Origin: Klebsormidium nitens
Taxonomy: Eukaryota; Plantae; Klebsormidiophyceae
Assembly (NCBI GenBank): GCA_000708835.1
Contig: DF237131.1
Span: 26,882-90,881 of the forward strand
Reading direction: 5' to 3'
DNA: 64,000 nt
In this document: positions 1 to 11,784 of the stretch, piece by piece
How the letters are laid out: every line of letters starts with the position of its first letter
How positions within the stretch are numbered: the stretch's first letter is position 1
Notes under the pieces: generated by a model
Database searches by the model: none
The model's input: only the letters and a program-made list of their open reading frames with translations
What the model was told of the DNA's origin: nothing
Made by a program: the position numbers and the translations under genes

Positions 1-1566
1 GCGCGCGGTCGAAGGCGGGGACGTCGCGCTGGGCGTGGCGCTCGGCGAGGGGCGCACCTACAGCAGCCCCTTCAGCGCCGCGATCGTCCTGCGGACGCTG
101 TGCACGGCGCCTGCAGTCGTTTCGGACGTCCTGATCCCCGCGGCCGCGGGCTTACTGCACTGCCTTGGCCGCGCGTACGCCCGGTTCTCGGGCGTGTTCC
201 GGGGGGACGAGTTCCGGCTGTTCTACGTCCACCCGGAAGACGGACGGAGCCCAATCGATGGAGTGCCCATCCCGGAGCTCTCCATCATCACGACGCTAGA
301 CGACGACGAGCTGGACACGTGGCACAGGACAACGGAGGCGCTTCCGAACCTGCTCCACATCTTTGAGCCCGCGCTGCGCCGCGCGGCCGGCGACGCGGTG
401 CTTGAGGAGCGCTTCGTGTCCGAAGTCGTCTCCGCGGACGGCGTCAGCTTTGCTGCGGACGTCCTGCAGATGCGCGCCGCGGCCGCGGACTATCTGGCGG
501 AATGGTACCCGCCGAGCCTGCACGACGTGGGCACGTGGCTGCCGGTTCTACAGGAGACCGCGAAGCAAGTCTGGCAAATGCTGGCCGAGAGGTTCGGGCT
601 CGAAGAGTGCGCATATCCGGTGAGGTTTCTGCCTAATTCTAGTTCCGCTTCTTGACTTGGTTCACTCTCGGGGATTGCTACCCCGGAATAGAGCGCTGCG
701 CAGATTGGATGATTACAACGAGTTCCAAGTTGAAGTCGCACTGCTTTACAAGAGTCGTTATGGATCCAGGGCACGTCTAGATTGGGTATTGATTCTCACA
801 TCTTTTGTCCTTACGACGTCAGCGTTCTGTGCCCCAAATAATACTTTTCTTTCCCAGTAACACTTATGAGAAAAAGAACGGTCTGCTCAGTTCGTACTCC
901 ACTGGTCTTGACACATGACTTACTCTCATAGGCGCAAAGATGCGCGCCAGTCCTCCCATCCTAGCAACCAGTGCATGAATTGGCTGCTAAAAGCAATTTC
1001 TCCCACAGGATTGCACCAAGGACGTCGTCGAAGTTTCAAAAGGGACGTTCAGCAAGTGCGGCGGCTGTGGACGTGTGCGGTACTGCTCCAAGGCGTGCCA
1101 GGTATACCTCCACTGCATAAATCACAACGCCTTCTTCTGTTGAAATTCTGATTTGTAGTATGCACCATGGTTCATGTGAGCGCTTATTGTCCTCAATTCC
1201 CCTAGACTGTCGGCCAAGCTAGTAGTACATGTTCTGGAAAAGCTAACCTAAGAAGCGCTGCAGTGGCGTGCCCTGTCGAAGACCAACTTTCATTTAGCCT
1301 GGTAACCTACTCGGAGTGACTTGAATCCCACGGGATCTTTGAATGAATGCTGGATTTGGTAGACACGAGGCTCCCATTTGGAACCGAATCATTGTCAAAC
1401 TTCAGACGTGCAAACACCCTTGCTTCTGTTGGCAACGACACCCATGCAGCTTCGGTCTACTTATTACATACTGACCCAATTTCTTTTCGTTTTCCTTCAG
1501 GCCTCTCATTGGAGGCAAGGACACAAAGAAAATTGCAAGCGCCGTTCAAAGCCTTCCAAAGCCTGA
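1..1566 (+). CDS. MYND-type zinc finger protein, 5'-truncated by the window edge (exons <1-619, 1009-1101, 1501-1566)
   Basis: The frame is open from base 2. Donors are CCG|gtgagg (620) and CAG|gtatac (1102); acceptors are ctcccacag|1009 and ttccttcag|1501; all phase 0. The spliced product reads ECAYP-DCTKDVVEVSKGTFSKCGGCGRVRYCSKACQ-ASHWRQGHKENC, matching the MYND signature (C..C..CxxC..YCSxxCQ..W..HK..C). The N-terminal region was not recognised. Confidence 0.85.
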
Positions 1567-2523
1567 GCGTAGGATTCTCAACGTTTCCAAGGCCTTCAAG
1601 TAGTTGAGGTTGGAAAGCCGCTGAGATAGGTACAGAGATACAAAAAACGATTAATATACACTGGGTAATGAATAAGAGCGTACACCGGAGGCGACCTGGA
1701 TTCGGCAGCTTGACATGGGTTTCCAAAAAGTTGCGTCTTTTTGGAAGCTGATCAAAGTTGAAGACGTTGATTCCAGAGAAATGTACGGGAACAGATGCTC
1801 AAATTTGTCGTGAAGTCCGAGTCCCGCGTATCTCACACTGATATGCTGAATGAAAGAGCTACATATCTAGCTCTCCGTGTGCTAGGCATCAATGCTATGT
1901 TACAGAGGACGGTTTCAAGTGCACGGCAGGAAAAGCTGCATCCGATGGAGTCCTATAGCGACCATTCTTGCAAGTTAGTGGTCTTGCCTGACATGGATAC
2001 CAGTTTTTTTATGAATAATCTTCATGAGCATATTAGGGAACGGTCATGAGTCATTTAAGCAAAAGTTGCAGCCCCCCAGAGACTTAAGCACCAAGTGGCG
2101 GATTATAGTATTCTTATCTTTCGAAAGTTGGGCGGCTGTAAGAGGCCATTGTAAGAATAATGAGACTCAAAAGGCACGTTATGGACTCTCTCTGACATGA
2201 TATGATGATCACTTTACATGCTAAGAGTTCTGCGGCGGGCCAACTGTGCATCCTATGCTTACACGGGATCTGTCGCAGCGCCGCCTCCGTGGCATCAGTC
2301 TTCACTGCCCTCTACGCCTCCTGCTCTTTGAGGGCCACCCAAGGCGTTTTTGAAGATGAGGGCTAAATGAAATCTACTAAGTGCTCACAAACATTGCAAA
2401 CTATAAGGCACACCAAAGCCAGATTTGGATTGAGACAGATAGTGTTCCAGGGACACAACAGTCCGTTTGTGTCGATGTACTTTCAGGCTGACGGAAGCAA
2501 GAAACTGCTGAGCATGCGACTCC

Positions 2524-3204
2524 TTAATCCGCCATTAATATTGAACCCTCCTTCAAAAAAGAAACCAGGAGCGGCGCCTTCGATCGGATCTTCGCCTTTA
2601 GGATCATCATCTTTTCGACCCGACACTTGAGTGTCTCCAAGTCTGTGAGGATCTTGATCTGCAACTCTGTCAGATCCAATTCATCCAGGTCTCTCTGGTC
2701 CATACTTTCCGCTTGAATATACTCATACGATCCTGCAACCAGAGTGTCATTTTCGGCGAGGCTATCTGAGGCCCTTATCAGCACTCCAGGTCCATAACCG
2801 TTCTTGAGCTTCTGCTGCACATCGTTGGCAGGAAGATTGGCTGTGAAGCGTATCAGCCCGTATTTTGTCTTCACGTCCGCCCAATCTTCTTTGTCTTCTC
2901 CCTCCGGAGCGGTGCCCCTTTGCGCTGCCTTGGGAGGAAGCGTTTCCCTCACAGCCAGCTTATGCCCCATCTTAACATGTTTTGGATATGCCTGAGCATA
3001 CAAATTCGGTGTATGATTGAAGTGCAGCGTCTGAAACGTGCTGATGGCAGTTTTTACCTGCAAATGATGTAATCTCGAACTTGCGGTAGCCAAGGACACT
3101 CTAATGGTTGATAAGTGGTTGGTGTCGTGTCTAAGCGACAGGAGCGCTATGTTTGTTGGAGATACTTTAGCGAGACGCGACGTCACGGTTGGCGCGGACG
3201 CCAT
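2524..3204 (-). CDS. Unknown protein, tandem paralogue A (exons 3204-3058, 2991-2524)
   Basis: Clearly similar to paralogue B: KLAVRExLPPxAAQRGTAPE...GYGPGxLxRASD...xVAGSYEY. Both share the MASA start, LATASS..LQ|gtaaa donor and gctcag|GCATA acceptor. The 66-nt intron here is in frame, so it is inferred from paralogue B. The C-terminus is uncertain. Confidence 0.65.
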   Translation of the reverse strand: MASAPTVTSRLAKVSPTNIALLSLRHDTNHLSTIRVSLATASSRLHHLQVKTAISTFQTLHFNHTPNLYAQAYPKHVKMGHKLAVRETLPPKAAQRGTAPEGEDKEDWADVKTKYGLIRFTANLPANDVQQKLKNGYGPGVLIRASDSLAENDTLVAGSYEYIQAESMDQRDLDELDLTELQIKILTDLETLKCRVEKMMILKAKIRSKAPLLVSFLKEGSILMAD

Positions 3205-3259
3205 TGAGAACTGCATAGAGATTCAAAAGGACTAGTCACAGTGGAATCAGAAGGAAATT

Positions 3260-3390
3260 ATAATACAAAGTAGTCTAGCTTTCATGAAGTGACGTGCCCC
3301 TCAAGAACAAAGTCAAGGTGAGTTTTCCGCGGCCGCGCAGGCGCCGGCCGGGTTTCAAGGTTTAGCAGTCGCGTGATTGCAACCCTGACC
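3260..3390. promoter_or_regulatory. Conserved upstream block of paralogue A (homologous to ~4790-4965 upstream of paralogue B)
   Basis: Both copies share ctagct...gaagtgacgt (a TGACGT bZIP-type core) and ggtgrgtttyccgcggccgcgca...ggtttcarggttta...accct. Regulatory function is inferred. Confidence 0.45.
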
Positions 3391-4118
3391 GGACTCGACC
3401 GTCGAGCAGCCTCCAGGTGGAGGCGACTTAAGTTATTTTCGCACCTTGGATGAAAGCGTGCGTTCCGTGCCATGCAGCAGTGAGGAGGACAGGTTTTGTT
3501 TCAGAGGTTGGGGCACTGACAAACTGTAAAGGCTTGCGATCCTTTTCAGAGAGACTCGTAATTCTGGATCTCGCTTTTGTCATATCGCTCATATTGCACA
3601 AGCTAGCATTTTGTCCAGCTTTTTGCTTCCATAGCACAAGCATTCGAATGAAGATGGCCTGAAACCTGATGCACATGGCATGTGGCAGCCTATACTCGAA
3701 GTCATTGTAGCATGCAAAGCAAGCTAGTGGTCTCAAGTAACACGGGTGGAGAACATTAATTTGTGACTTGTGTCCCTTGATGGATAGTCGAAGGGGGCAT
3801 GCATGGTTATACGTGTTACATCCGGAGGAGGAGGGCAATAAGTCTACATCACGCTGTCGACCTCATCTGATCACGGAGCTCCTTAAGTGCATTGTTCGGG
3901 CCCTTCAACTGCACACTATTATTCATGCACGCCCTTTAACATCAGGACTGAATGAGTCGCACCACATGAAGGTATAGGTACCGAACCATACGGCTCGCAA
4001 AATGCAGAAATGAGTTGAGACACCGAGCTTTTCCGGTGAGGCAATGGCCCGCGTTCGTTCTAACTGACCCACCAAGCATAATAATGTACATCTGACCCCT
4101 TTGTGAATAAACCATCCC

Positions 4119-4745
4119 TTAGAAAAACCAGCGACGCCGTCGGTCCATTTGGATTTTTTTCTGGACCCCCCTATCTATTTTCTCCAGGTTTGCCAGGATT
4201 ACTTTCAACATTTCCGTCATTTTTCTCGTCTGCATTCGGTCCAGATACCTCCCGCGGACATACTCGTATGATCCCGCAACTACGATGTCGTTGTTGCACA
4301 AGATGAGGCCAGTGTCTGAGGCCCTTACCAACAGTCCAGGCCCGTATCCCGAAGCGAGCTGCCGCTGCACGACGTTGGCAGATTGATTGGGAGAGAAGCG
4401 TAACAAGTGCGTCCCTACATCCACCTCTGCCAATTCTGACGCTCCTTCTTCCGGAGCAGTGCCCCTCTGCGCTGCCTGAGGGGGAAGGGCTTCTCTCACA
4501 GCCAGCTTGTATTGCCCCTGCTTGACGACGTAGGTTGGGTATGCCTGAGCACACCAATTAAATTGCAACCAGCTCTATTTGGTGCACATGACTGGCTTTA
4601 CTTGCAACTCAATTGAAAGTGAACTTGCAGTAGCCAAGGGCATCCTGCCCGTCGATGACTCCCATTGGGTGTCGTGCGATCGAAAGGACGGGATTACAGT
4701 TCCTTTTACTCGAGTGACAGAAAGACCTGACGTTGCGGATGCCAT
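4119..4745 (-). CDS. Unknown protein, tandem paralogue B (exons 4745-4602, 4544-4119)
   Basis: Same exon structure as paralogue A. The 57-nt intron contains an in-frame TAG, which supports splicing. The N-terminus is S/T-rich and the C-terminus looks coiled-coil-like. Confidence 0.65.
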
Positions 4746-5205
4746 TGAAGACCTTGCAGTAGTATTCAAGTTTGAAGACGTTGAAAAGTAATACGGTAAA
4801 TACCTAGCTCGAGTGCATTGAAGTGACGTACTGCATGCCATGCAGCTAGCAGCTAGCAGCTCCTAGCTGCTAGCTAGGCCGGTACTATAGGCCCGCCGGT
4901 GGGTTTCCCGCGGCCGCGCAAGCCTCAGGTTTCAGGGTTTAACTGCAGATTGACCGCGACCCTTGTCAGCCGTCCGATCGTTGACTGGATAAATGGACGA
5001 TAAGACATCCTTCTAGCGGCCTGGTGTCTCGTGGTCCTAACCCAGGATCTGGCGGTCAGTATGCTCTCAATTTATCGAACGGCGCACTGTGACCAGTAGA
5101 GAGCGCATTCACACTTGAGACCTCCCTTCTTAGATGGTTGCACTTCAGCATGCACTGAGCAGCATTTTCTGCAGCATTCCGCAGATTTGAAAGTTGACCA
5201 TTGGC

Positions 5206-8200
5206 ATGGGTGCTTTAATACTACCTAATAGTGACACTGATAGGTATCAAAATCTGATGCCTTGCTGCCAGTCACTAACGTGCAGGAGCCGGTTTTTGCC
5301 ACAAAAGACCTGGCCAAGCACAGAACTAGCCACTGCTGGCGTGCACGCGACAGTATTGCATCACCAAAGTGTGAGCGGCTTGAGGCACAGCCGACGAACG
5401 AAGCGTTTGTGTGCAATAAGAAAATTTGGGCGACATTCTCAGGTGCTTGGCAAAGCTGGCCAGCTTGGTCGATGCACGCGCATTTTGGCGCACAAAGAGG
5501 CTGACGGTGGCAAGATGTTGGACAACGTGTCGGAAAACATGGGAATGGATGCTGAAAGTCAGCAGGAGGTGCTAGTGCCTCCCAGCAGCGCTGAGACCGC
5601 AGAAATAAGGCCTACAAAAGAACGGCGAAGCTCGGTTGATGAGTGTGTCTTTGTACCGGTTCTGGGGGCTGAAGCGGAGGCGCCTTCTAGCAGTGGCAGA
5701 GAGGGGCGTTGGCCGCTCCAATTGCCCTGGAATCTGGAGGCAACAAAAGGAGGGGTTGCGGGCCTTGCATTGGGGCAGTTCCTGTCGCTGCTCGTCACTG
5801 CCACCGGCCTGACATCAGCGGTGCTCGCTCAGAAAGGTATCTTGTCTTCCAATTTTCAATTCTCTGATTTTAGAACCTTTCAGTATACTGGAACACGGCG
5901 ATGAAAAGGTGGTAAGGTGGTAAGGTGCAGAGACCTTTGGCAGTGAGCCACAAGAGTGTGAATCTGTGAGCTGCTTGCATCTGCTTAAGTGAAGTGGGCG
6001 ATCAAGTGGTTACCATTAGAATGCTCGGGCACTCGCTACTTCCTGTCAAGATGGTTAGCTCTCTCTAACTTGGAAAGCACTGATTCATAAAGATTGTCTT
6101 TTCATTGATGGTGGGTGGTGGTTTGCCTGGCAGCTTCTTGCCAGCAACTAGACATCAAATGAGGGTTGTTAAGCGATATTTAGCTGTTCCTTCTTCTGAT
6201 TTGAACAGGTGCTCTCAGTGGTGCCCTGATCTTACTCCCGGAAGGCGCGCTTGAGATTTTGAGCAGAACTTGGGTTCCTGCTTTTGATGGCATGCGCTCT
6301 GTGGGGCATAGGAAGGGCCTGGGTCCAAGAAGACAGTTTCTTTTCTATTGTCCGCTCGTAAATCAAGCAGAGAGGTGTATTGCTGTCTCAAACAGGATTG
6401 CAACGACTTTGCTCGTCTGTGAGTTGTTCCCATCCGCCTTTGGAGGCATGAGCCCCTGCGTATCATCCCTTTCTGTCTTACACATCTAGGCTCTAATGCC
6501 GTACAACCTAAACTCTCCGTTTTGAAACAGTCTTGACACTTTGTAAGTCTCTGCTGCAGGTGTAAATATCCCCACCACGCAAGGCTGGCTCAACTACCTC
6601 CTGCTTACAATTGTATACGGGGGTCTGATGCTCAAGAGGAAGAAGCGGCCCCAGGCAAGTTGGCTCTTCATGCACTATCGCCCTTCCTTGTTAGCCTTCA
6701 AAATAAATGTTGAAACTGAGGGTGAAGTACCATAGTCTGCTTCTCTGTTTCTCAGCAAAGTTTTCTCTCTGGATCTTCCGTCAAGATCCTATCTCTGCTC
6801 TCAAACGGGTGAATTAACCGCAGAACATGCTTTCGTTGATTGCACCGTGAAGAAATGAACCGGCATCTTTGGGGGTCAAGTAGACGTGACAACAAGCAAT
6901 TTTGCGAGCTTCTTGTGTTCTGTTACTTGTCGGTGGATATGGAGCTGAAAGACTTCGAAGCTGAGGGCTCGAGTGTCAAAAATCAGGACATGATTGTTTC
7001 TTTTTCCTTGTCAACGGTTTACTCTTGTCTGCAAGACCCCCTTGAAAGTGTACCCCCTACTTCGTTCCTTCACAGCATGAGGTGAAAGCAACTCGAAGCT
7101 TCAAAACCGTGGAGTTGTTGAGACTTTGAAGCAGCTGACGTCTCAGGATCCAACGGTTTTGGAGCTTCGAGTGCTTTCGGAAGGCCCGCTGTCACGTCTC
7201 CCTCTTCCTGCCTTCCTTTTCGTTCGTCCTATCTTCTCAAGTTCCCCCCTCCCTGTCAAGCTTTACTAGCGCTGCTCCCTCACAACTCTAGTCGTCGAGG
7301 CTTTGTGATGACTCGTATTTAAGGGTACCCTTTACTGCCCCGGTCTCCCACCATCCAGGGGTACTCTATTGCTATCATAAAGAATGAGAGTTTGTCGTTC
7401 TTCTCTACAGGTCCCTTGGTACGTCTACGCTCTCCTCGCGCTCATCGACGTGGAGGCCAATTTCCTCGTAGTCCGCGCATACCAGTACACGAGCATCACC
7501 AGCGTGATGCTCCTCGACTGCTTTACCATCCCGTGCGTGCTGCTGCTCACGCGCCTAGTTCTCAAAACGCGCTACGCAGCGCGCCACTTCGCGGGCGTTG
7601 CGCTCTGCCTCAGCGGCCTCGTGCTGCTCGTGCTCTCGGACGTCCATTCTGCGGACCGTGGAGGTGAGCGTCCGTTCTCCCCGCCTTGTTTTCACCTTTT
7701 TATCACTCGGTCTCGAGGTTGGGACCCTTTTTGAAATCTAGAGTTGTAGTGCGTTGGGGCGTTCCAATCGGACCTCTTGTCCGGCAGACTACAAGATAAG
7801 CGTCCGATTCGCAACTCCTCTTACGGTGGAATAGTTGCTCCTCTGGTCAATTGTCAGTACCCGGTTTCTACAAGTCGGCCCGCTTCTCTGTGCCATTTCC
7901 CCAACCCACCTTTTCCTTTGCAATCGGGTGGCAAGGCGACGGTTGCAGGTAAGTTCCTCGTTTTGGACATAGCCAATCTTCTGCAAGCTTCCATTAAGAG
8001 AACTTTCTTGCACTTCCAAACGACTAGGCGGTCCGCCTTACCGCACGCATACCTTAGTCCGCAGTTTCGTTTTCCGCGGTAGCATGGCGGTGCTTATGGG
8101 CAATAGCCGTTTGCTCAGAACAGCCGTGCCTTTCTTCGCACCGTTTTCGAAAGCACTTCTCAGACTCGGCCAACCCGTTTTTTGCACAACAGCACCGTCC

Positions 8201-11200
8201 CTCTGTCCGGCTCATCCCCAAGTTACTCGCTCCATTCACCCCCCTAAAGTAATCCTTTCTCCTCCAGGCGGCAAAGCGGTGCTTGTTGACGACCTCCTAG
8301 TCCTGGCCACAACCCATATTATGCCCGCTCTGTTTTACAAACATATCTTCAGCTCCTCCTTACCCGTTCTTGGGCTACTGTCTCCGTTTCACCTCCTAGT
8401 CCTGGCAGCAGCTCATTCCGCGCCCGCTGTCTTTTCATTATCTCCCCCGCCCAGCGTCCGCCGGTTCGGCCTATGTTTCCGGTCTCCTTTCGAAACCCGC
8501 TCTTTCCTTCCGATAGGCGGCAAGGCGGTGCTTGTGGGCGGCTTTCCTTCTGGCCGGAGCCGAATTTGCGCCCTGCACTGTTTACCACCAATTTTCTCGC
8601 CCGTTCATACAACACGGCCGATTTCCCAAACTTATCAATGAGCTCGCTCTCTTCTTTCCCCCAGGCGGCAAACGCAGTGCTTGTTGGTGACCTGCCACTT
8701 CTGGCCGCCACTGTCCTGTGCGCTCTGTTTCCATCTACTCTCTCTCGTCAACTGAAAACGCGGCTCTTTTTCCGCTCTCTCATTGTGATCCGCTCCATTT
8801 TGCCCCCCAGGCGGCAAAGCGGTCCTGGTGGGCGACCTTCTGGTCCTGGCCGCAATAAAATCCGCGCCCGCTCGATTTTCAGAAATGTCCGGTCCAGCTG
8901 GCCCAATTTCCTTTCTAATGCAGCTCTCTTTTTCCCCCCCAGGCGCCAAAGCGATGCTTGTGGGCGACCTCCTACATTTAGCGCAAGCAATCCGCCGGCT
9001 CAGCTTTCCAAATATTCGCCGTCCAGCTGCAATTCCTCACACATTACGGCCTGATTTTCCGCATCTTCTTTGAGCGCACAATCCCCCTTCTCCCAGGCGG
9101 CAAGGCGGTGCTTGTGGGCGACCTAGTCCTAGTCCTAGTCCTAGTCCTGGCCGCCGCTTATTCTGCGCCCGCGCTGTTGCCAAATAACTTTTGCGCCGAG
9201 CTGCCATCGTTTGGTTCAAAACGCCGATCTCCATCCTGAACCCGCCCTCTTATTCCCCCCCAGGCGGCAAGGCGGTGCTTGTGGGCGACCTCCTAGTCCT
9301 GGCCGCAGCCACGCTGTACGCCGGGAGCAACGTCGGCGACGAGGCGCTGGTGAAACAAGTCGACCGTACGGAACTTCTGGCGATGGTGGGCGCGTACGGC
9401 CTCGCCTGGAACACGCTGCAGCTGCTGTTACTAGAGCGGCGAGAACTGGCGCTCGTGCGCTGGTCCTGGGGGACCGCGCTGCCGTTCGGTGGCTTCTCGG
9501 TCGCGCTGTTCGCGTTCTACTCGCTCGTGCCCTTCATGCTGCAGGTGAGGGGTTTCTATTCCCTCTTTGGTTTTTCTCTAATTTTTGGGAAGGCATTTGA
9601 AGCTTTCCGCAGTCTTGGGCTTTCACAGTTGCTCGTGCCCCTCATGCTGCAGGTGACGGCGGGTTACTTTCGTTTGCTAAAGAAAGTGTTTTAAGACTAG
9701 GGGAGGCGTTCGAGGCACCGCTCTTTTTGCGGTTCGTTTTTCGTTCCCTTCATGCTCCGGCCGGACGACTTTTTTCTTCCCTCTGAACTTCTCTCATCGC
9801 GGAAGGCGTCTTAGTTTTTCACAATCTTTGCGTACTTTCTGCCCCCTGTGCTGCAGGCCAGGCGGCTTTTGGAGCGTTTCTTCTATTTCTTCCGCTGTGG
9901 GATGCGTTTGAAGCTCCCGTGCTCTTCGCGTTGACTTGCTCGAGCCCTTTATGCTACGGGCAAGGGGGTCGTTTTGTTTATCTTGAAAATACCTCGCTGC
10001 GGGAGGCGTTTGAGGCTCCACGGTCTTTGCCTTCTATCTGCTCGTGCCCGTCATGCTGCAGTCGAGGCAGTTTTCAGTGGTGTTCCTTTTAAAGCTTTCG
10101 TGGGAGGGGTCCGAAGCGCCGTTCTCTTTCTGTGCATTCTGGTAGTATCCGCTGGGTGCCTGTGCCGGATCATGCATTTGGACAAGCTCAGGACCAGCTT
10201 GACTCCCAAAGACACTTGTTCCGGTTGTTCTTGTCCGCCTGCATTCATTTCACCTGTGGCCGGCCTTTTTAGACATCTACACTCTCGTCTAGACTCCCGG
10301 GACACCAAGGACGGGAGCCCGGAAAATGCTGAAGCGTTGCTGGTCTTGCCGATACCGACTTACCGACCCCTTTTTGCCATGCAGATCAGGACCACGAGTC
10401 GAGACACCAGACTTTCTCTGACCACTTGGCCTTGAAACCCTAAACCCTCTGACAATGTGAAAACTGCAGAACACCTAACCCTGAAACTCATTTCTTGCAG
10501 ATGAGTGGCTCCGCGCTCTTCAACCTGTCGCTGCTGACCTCAGACATGTGGGCCGTCGCTGTGCGCGCCCTCGTCTTCAGACAGCCGGTGAGGCCGCTTT
10601 TCAAAATCTTGATCCATTGAACAGCAACTTTCTGGGTTTCACCAAACCCTAACCTCAAATTTGACTCGCTCCGCAGCCGGACCCACCCCAAACCCTAAGC
10701 AATTCCACCCGTTTCAGTCACTGAGGATCGCAATCGCTTTCCCGACGTCCCTCGTCGGCTTATGGAAAGGTCCAGATATGCCGACAATGAGGGATTGGTG
10801 CTGCGTCAATGGATAGAAAGGTGTCTTCTATGTAGCGGATCGTTTGTCACTGAGGGAGCTCGACATTGCCTGTCAGCTTCATATGCGCCGCTTTCTGGGC
10901 GTCAGAGGGGCTGTGGTGTGGTGAAACGCTCTTCAAGCTGTCGAGTCGGCTTAGAAACTGTTGACTGACTGCATCGGTTGAGAGGATGCCGACTTTATAC
11001 ACTGCCTGAGCAGGTGCTAAAATCCAAAAATTCTAGCTTCCACCCTCAGCTCTTTCCCCGTGTTCCAAAATATCTGCACGGTCGTTCTTTCAAAGCGCGC
11101 CTTTGACATAAAAAGTCGCCACTGGAAATCCGAACTGAACACGGGAGGCCTATCAAGACCAACCGCCGCCGCCCTCACTTTTTGGTGTGCTGCATCGATT

Positions 11201-11519
11201 GCAGGTGGATTGGCTGTACTTTGTTGCATTCTTCGCCGTCAGCATAGGCCTCGTCCTGTATACCCGTGGGGAAGACGAGGAAAAAGAAACGGGTCAGCCG
11301 GTCTCGTCAAAATACCTGCGGTTAGACACAAGTCGAGAGTCCAAGTGTAGCTCCCTAGGAGAGTCGCCAGGTGGTGCAAAATTCAATCACAGCCTTGACG
11401 GATTTGATGGTGTCACTGACCGGGAAGGGAATCCAACAGAGAAGAACACTCGCCGCTTCGAATGCGAACAAAGTAGGCCTTCTGATATGCATATGGAGAA
11501 TGAACAAGAGATTATTTGA
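5206..11519 (+). CDS. SLC35F: SLC35F1/F2-like (DUF914) drug/metabolite-transporter family membrane protein (exons 5206 or 5515-5836, 6560-6654, 7411-7663, 9264-9544, 10501-10587, 11205-11519)
   Basis: Motifs LALGQFLSLLVTATG, PTTQGWLNYLLL, DVEANFLVVRAYQYTSITSVMLLDCFTIP, GDLLVLAAATLYAGSNV, SGSALFNLSLLTSDMWAV and VDWLYFVAF. All intron phases are consistent. Intron 2 has a GC donor (CAG|gcaagt, 6655). The start ATG is uncertain. Confidence 0.92.
7910..9150 (+). repeat. Array of ~7-8 degenerate copies of the SLC35F exon-4 acceptor plus first ~45 nt, inside intron 3
   Basis: ccccaggcggcaargcggtgcttgtgggcgacct recurs at ~7925 (very degenerate), 8265, 8390 (partial), 8515, 8660, 8805, 8935 and 9092. 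The functional copy is at 9264. Confidence 0.9.
9620..10070 (+). repeat. Degenerate copies of the SLC35F exon-4 3' end plus donor, inside intron 4
   Basis: ctcgtgcccttcatgctgcaggtga is echoed at ~9632 (near perfect), ~9740, ~9840, ~9940 and ~10040, with ~100-nt spacing. Confidence 0.8.
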
Positions 11520-11610
11520 GTCGCTTTGAGAGCAAAAGCTACAGTCTTAGGAGTTGGAGGTTGATTGAGTCGATGTCTGCTTGGGCAGCGCCTAACATAC
11601 CGGTAAATCA

Positions 11611-11784
11611 TGTGTGCCCTAACAGCTGTGTGCCCCAACATTAGTAGACCCCGAGCCACCAAACAAAAAATCTCAACCCAAGAACTATACGTACGCTCCT
11701 CACCCCAACCCACCCTAACCACCAGGCCGACCGCACCCGTCCCCGGGGCGCCTATCTTAAGGGACATTGCGGTTAGGGCACACA
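11611..11784. mobile_element. Small MITE-like element with 16-bp terminal inverted repeats
   Basis: TGTGTGCCCTAACAGC (11611) matches the reverse complement of GCGGTTAGGGCACACA (11769-11784) at 15/16 positions. Its internal core is shared with three other loci. No clear TSD. Confidence 0.55.

Noticed and set aside
8084-9073. Long ORFs 8084-8641, 8473-9054 and 8828-9073 with transporter-like fragments
   Set aside because: They are by-products of the intronic echo array and run into stops.
10430-10700. AAACCCTA telobox / plant-telomere-like words around SLC35F exon 5
   Set aside because: Scattered single units, not a telomeric array. They are common in such introns and there is no support for a specific function.
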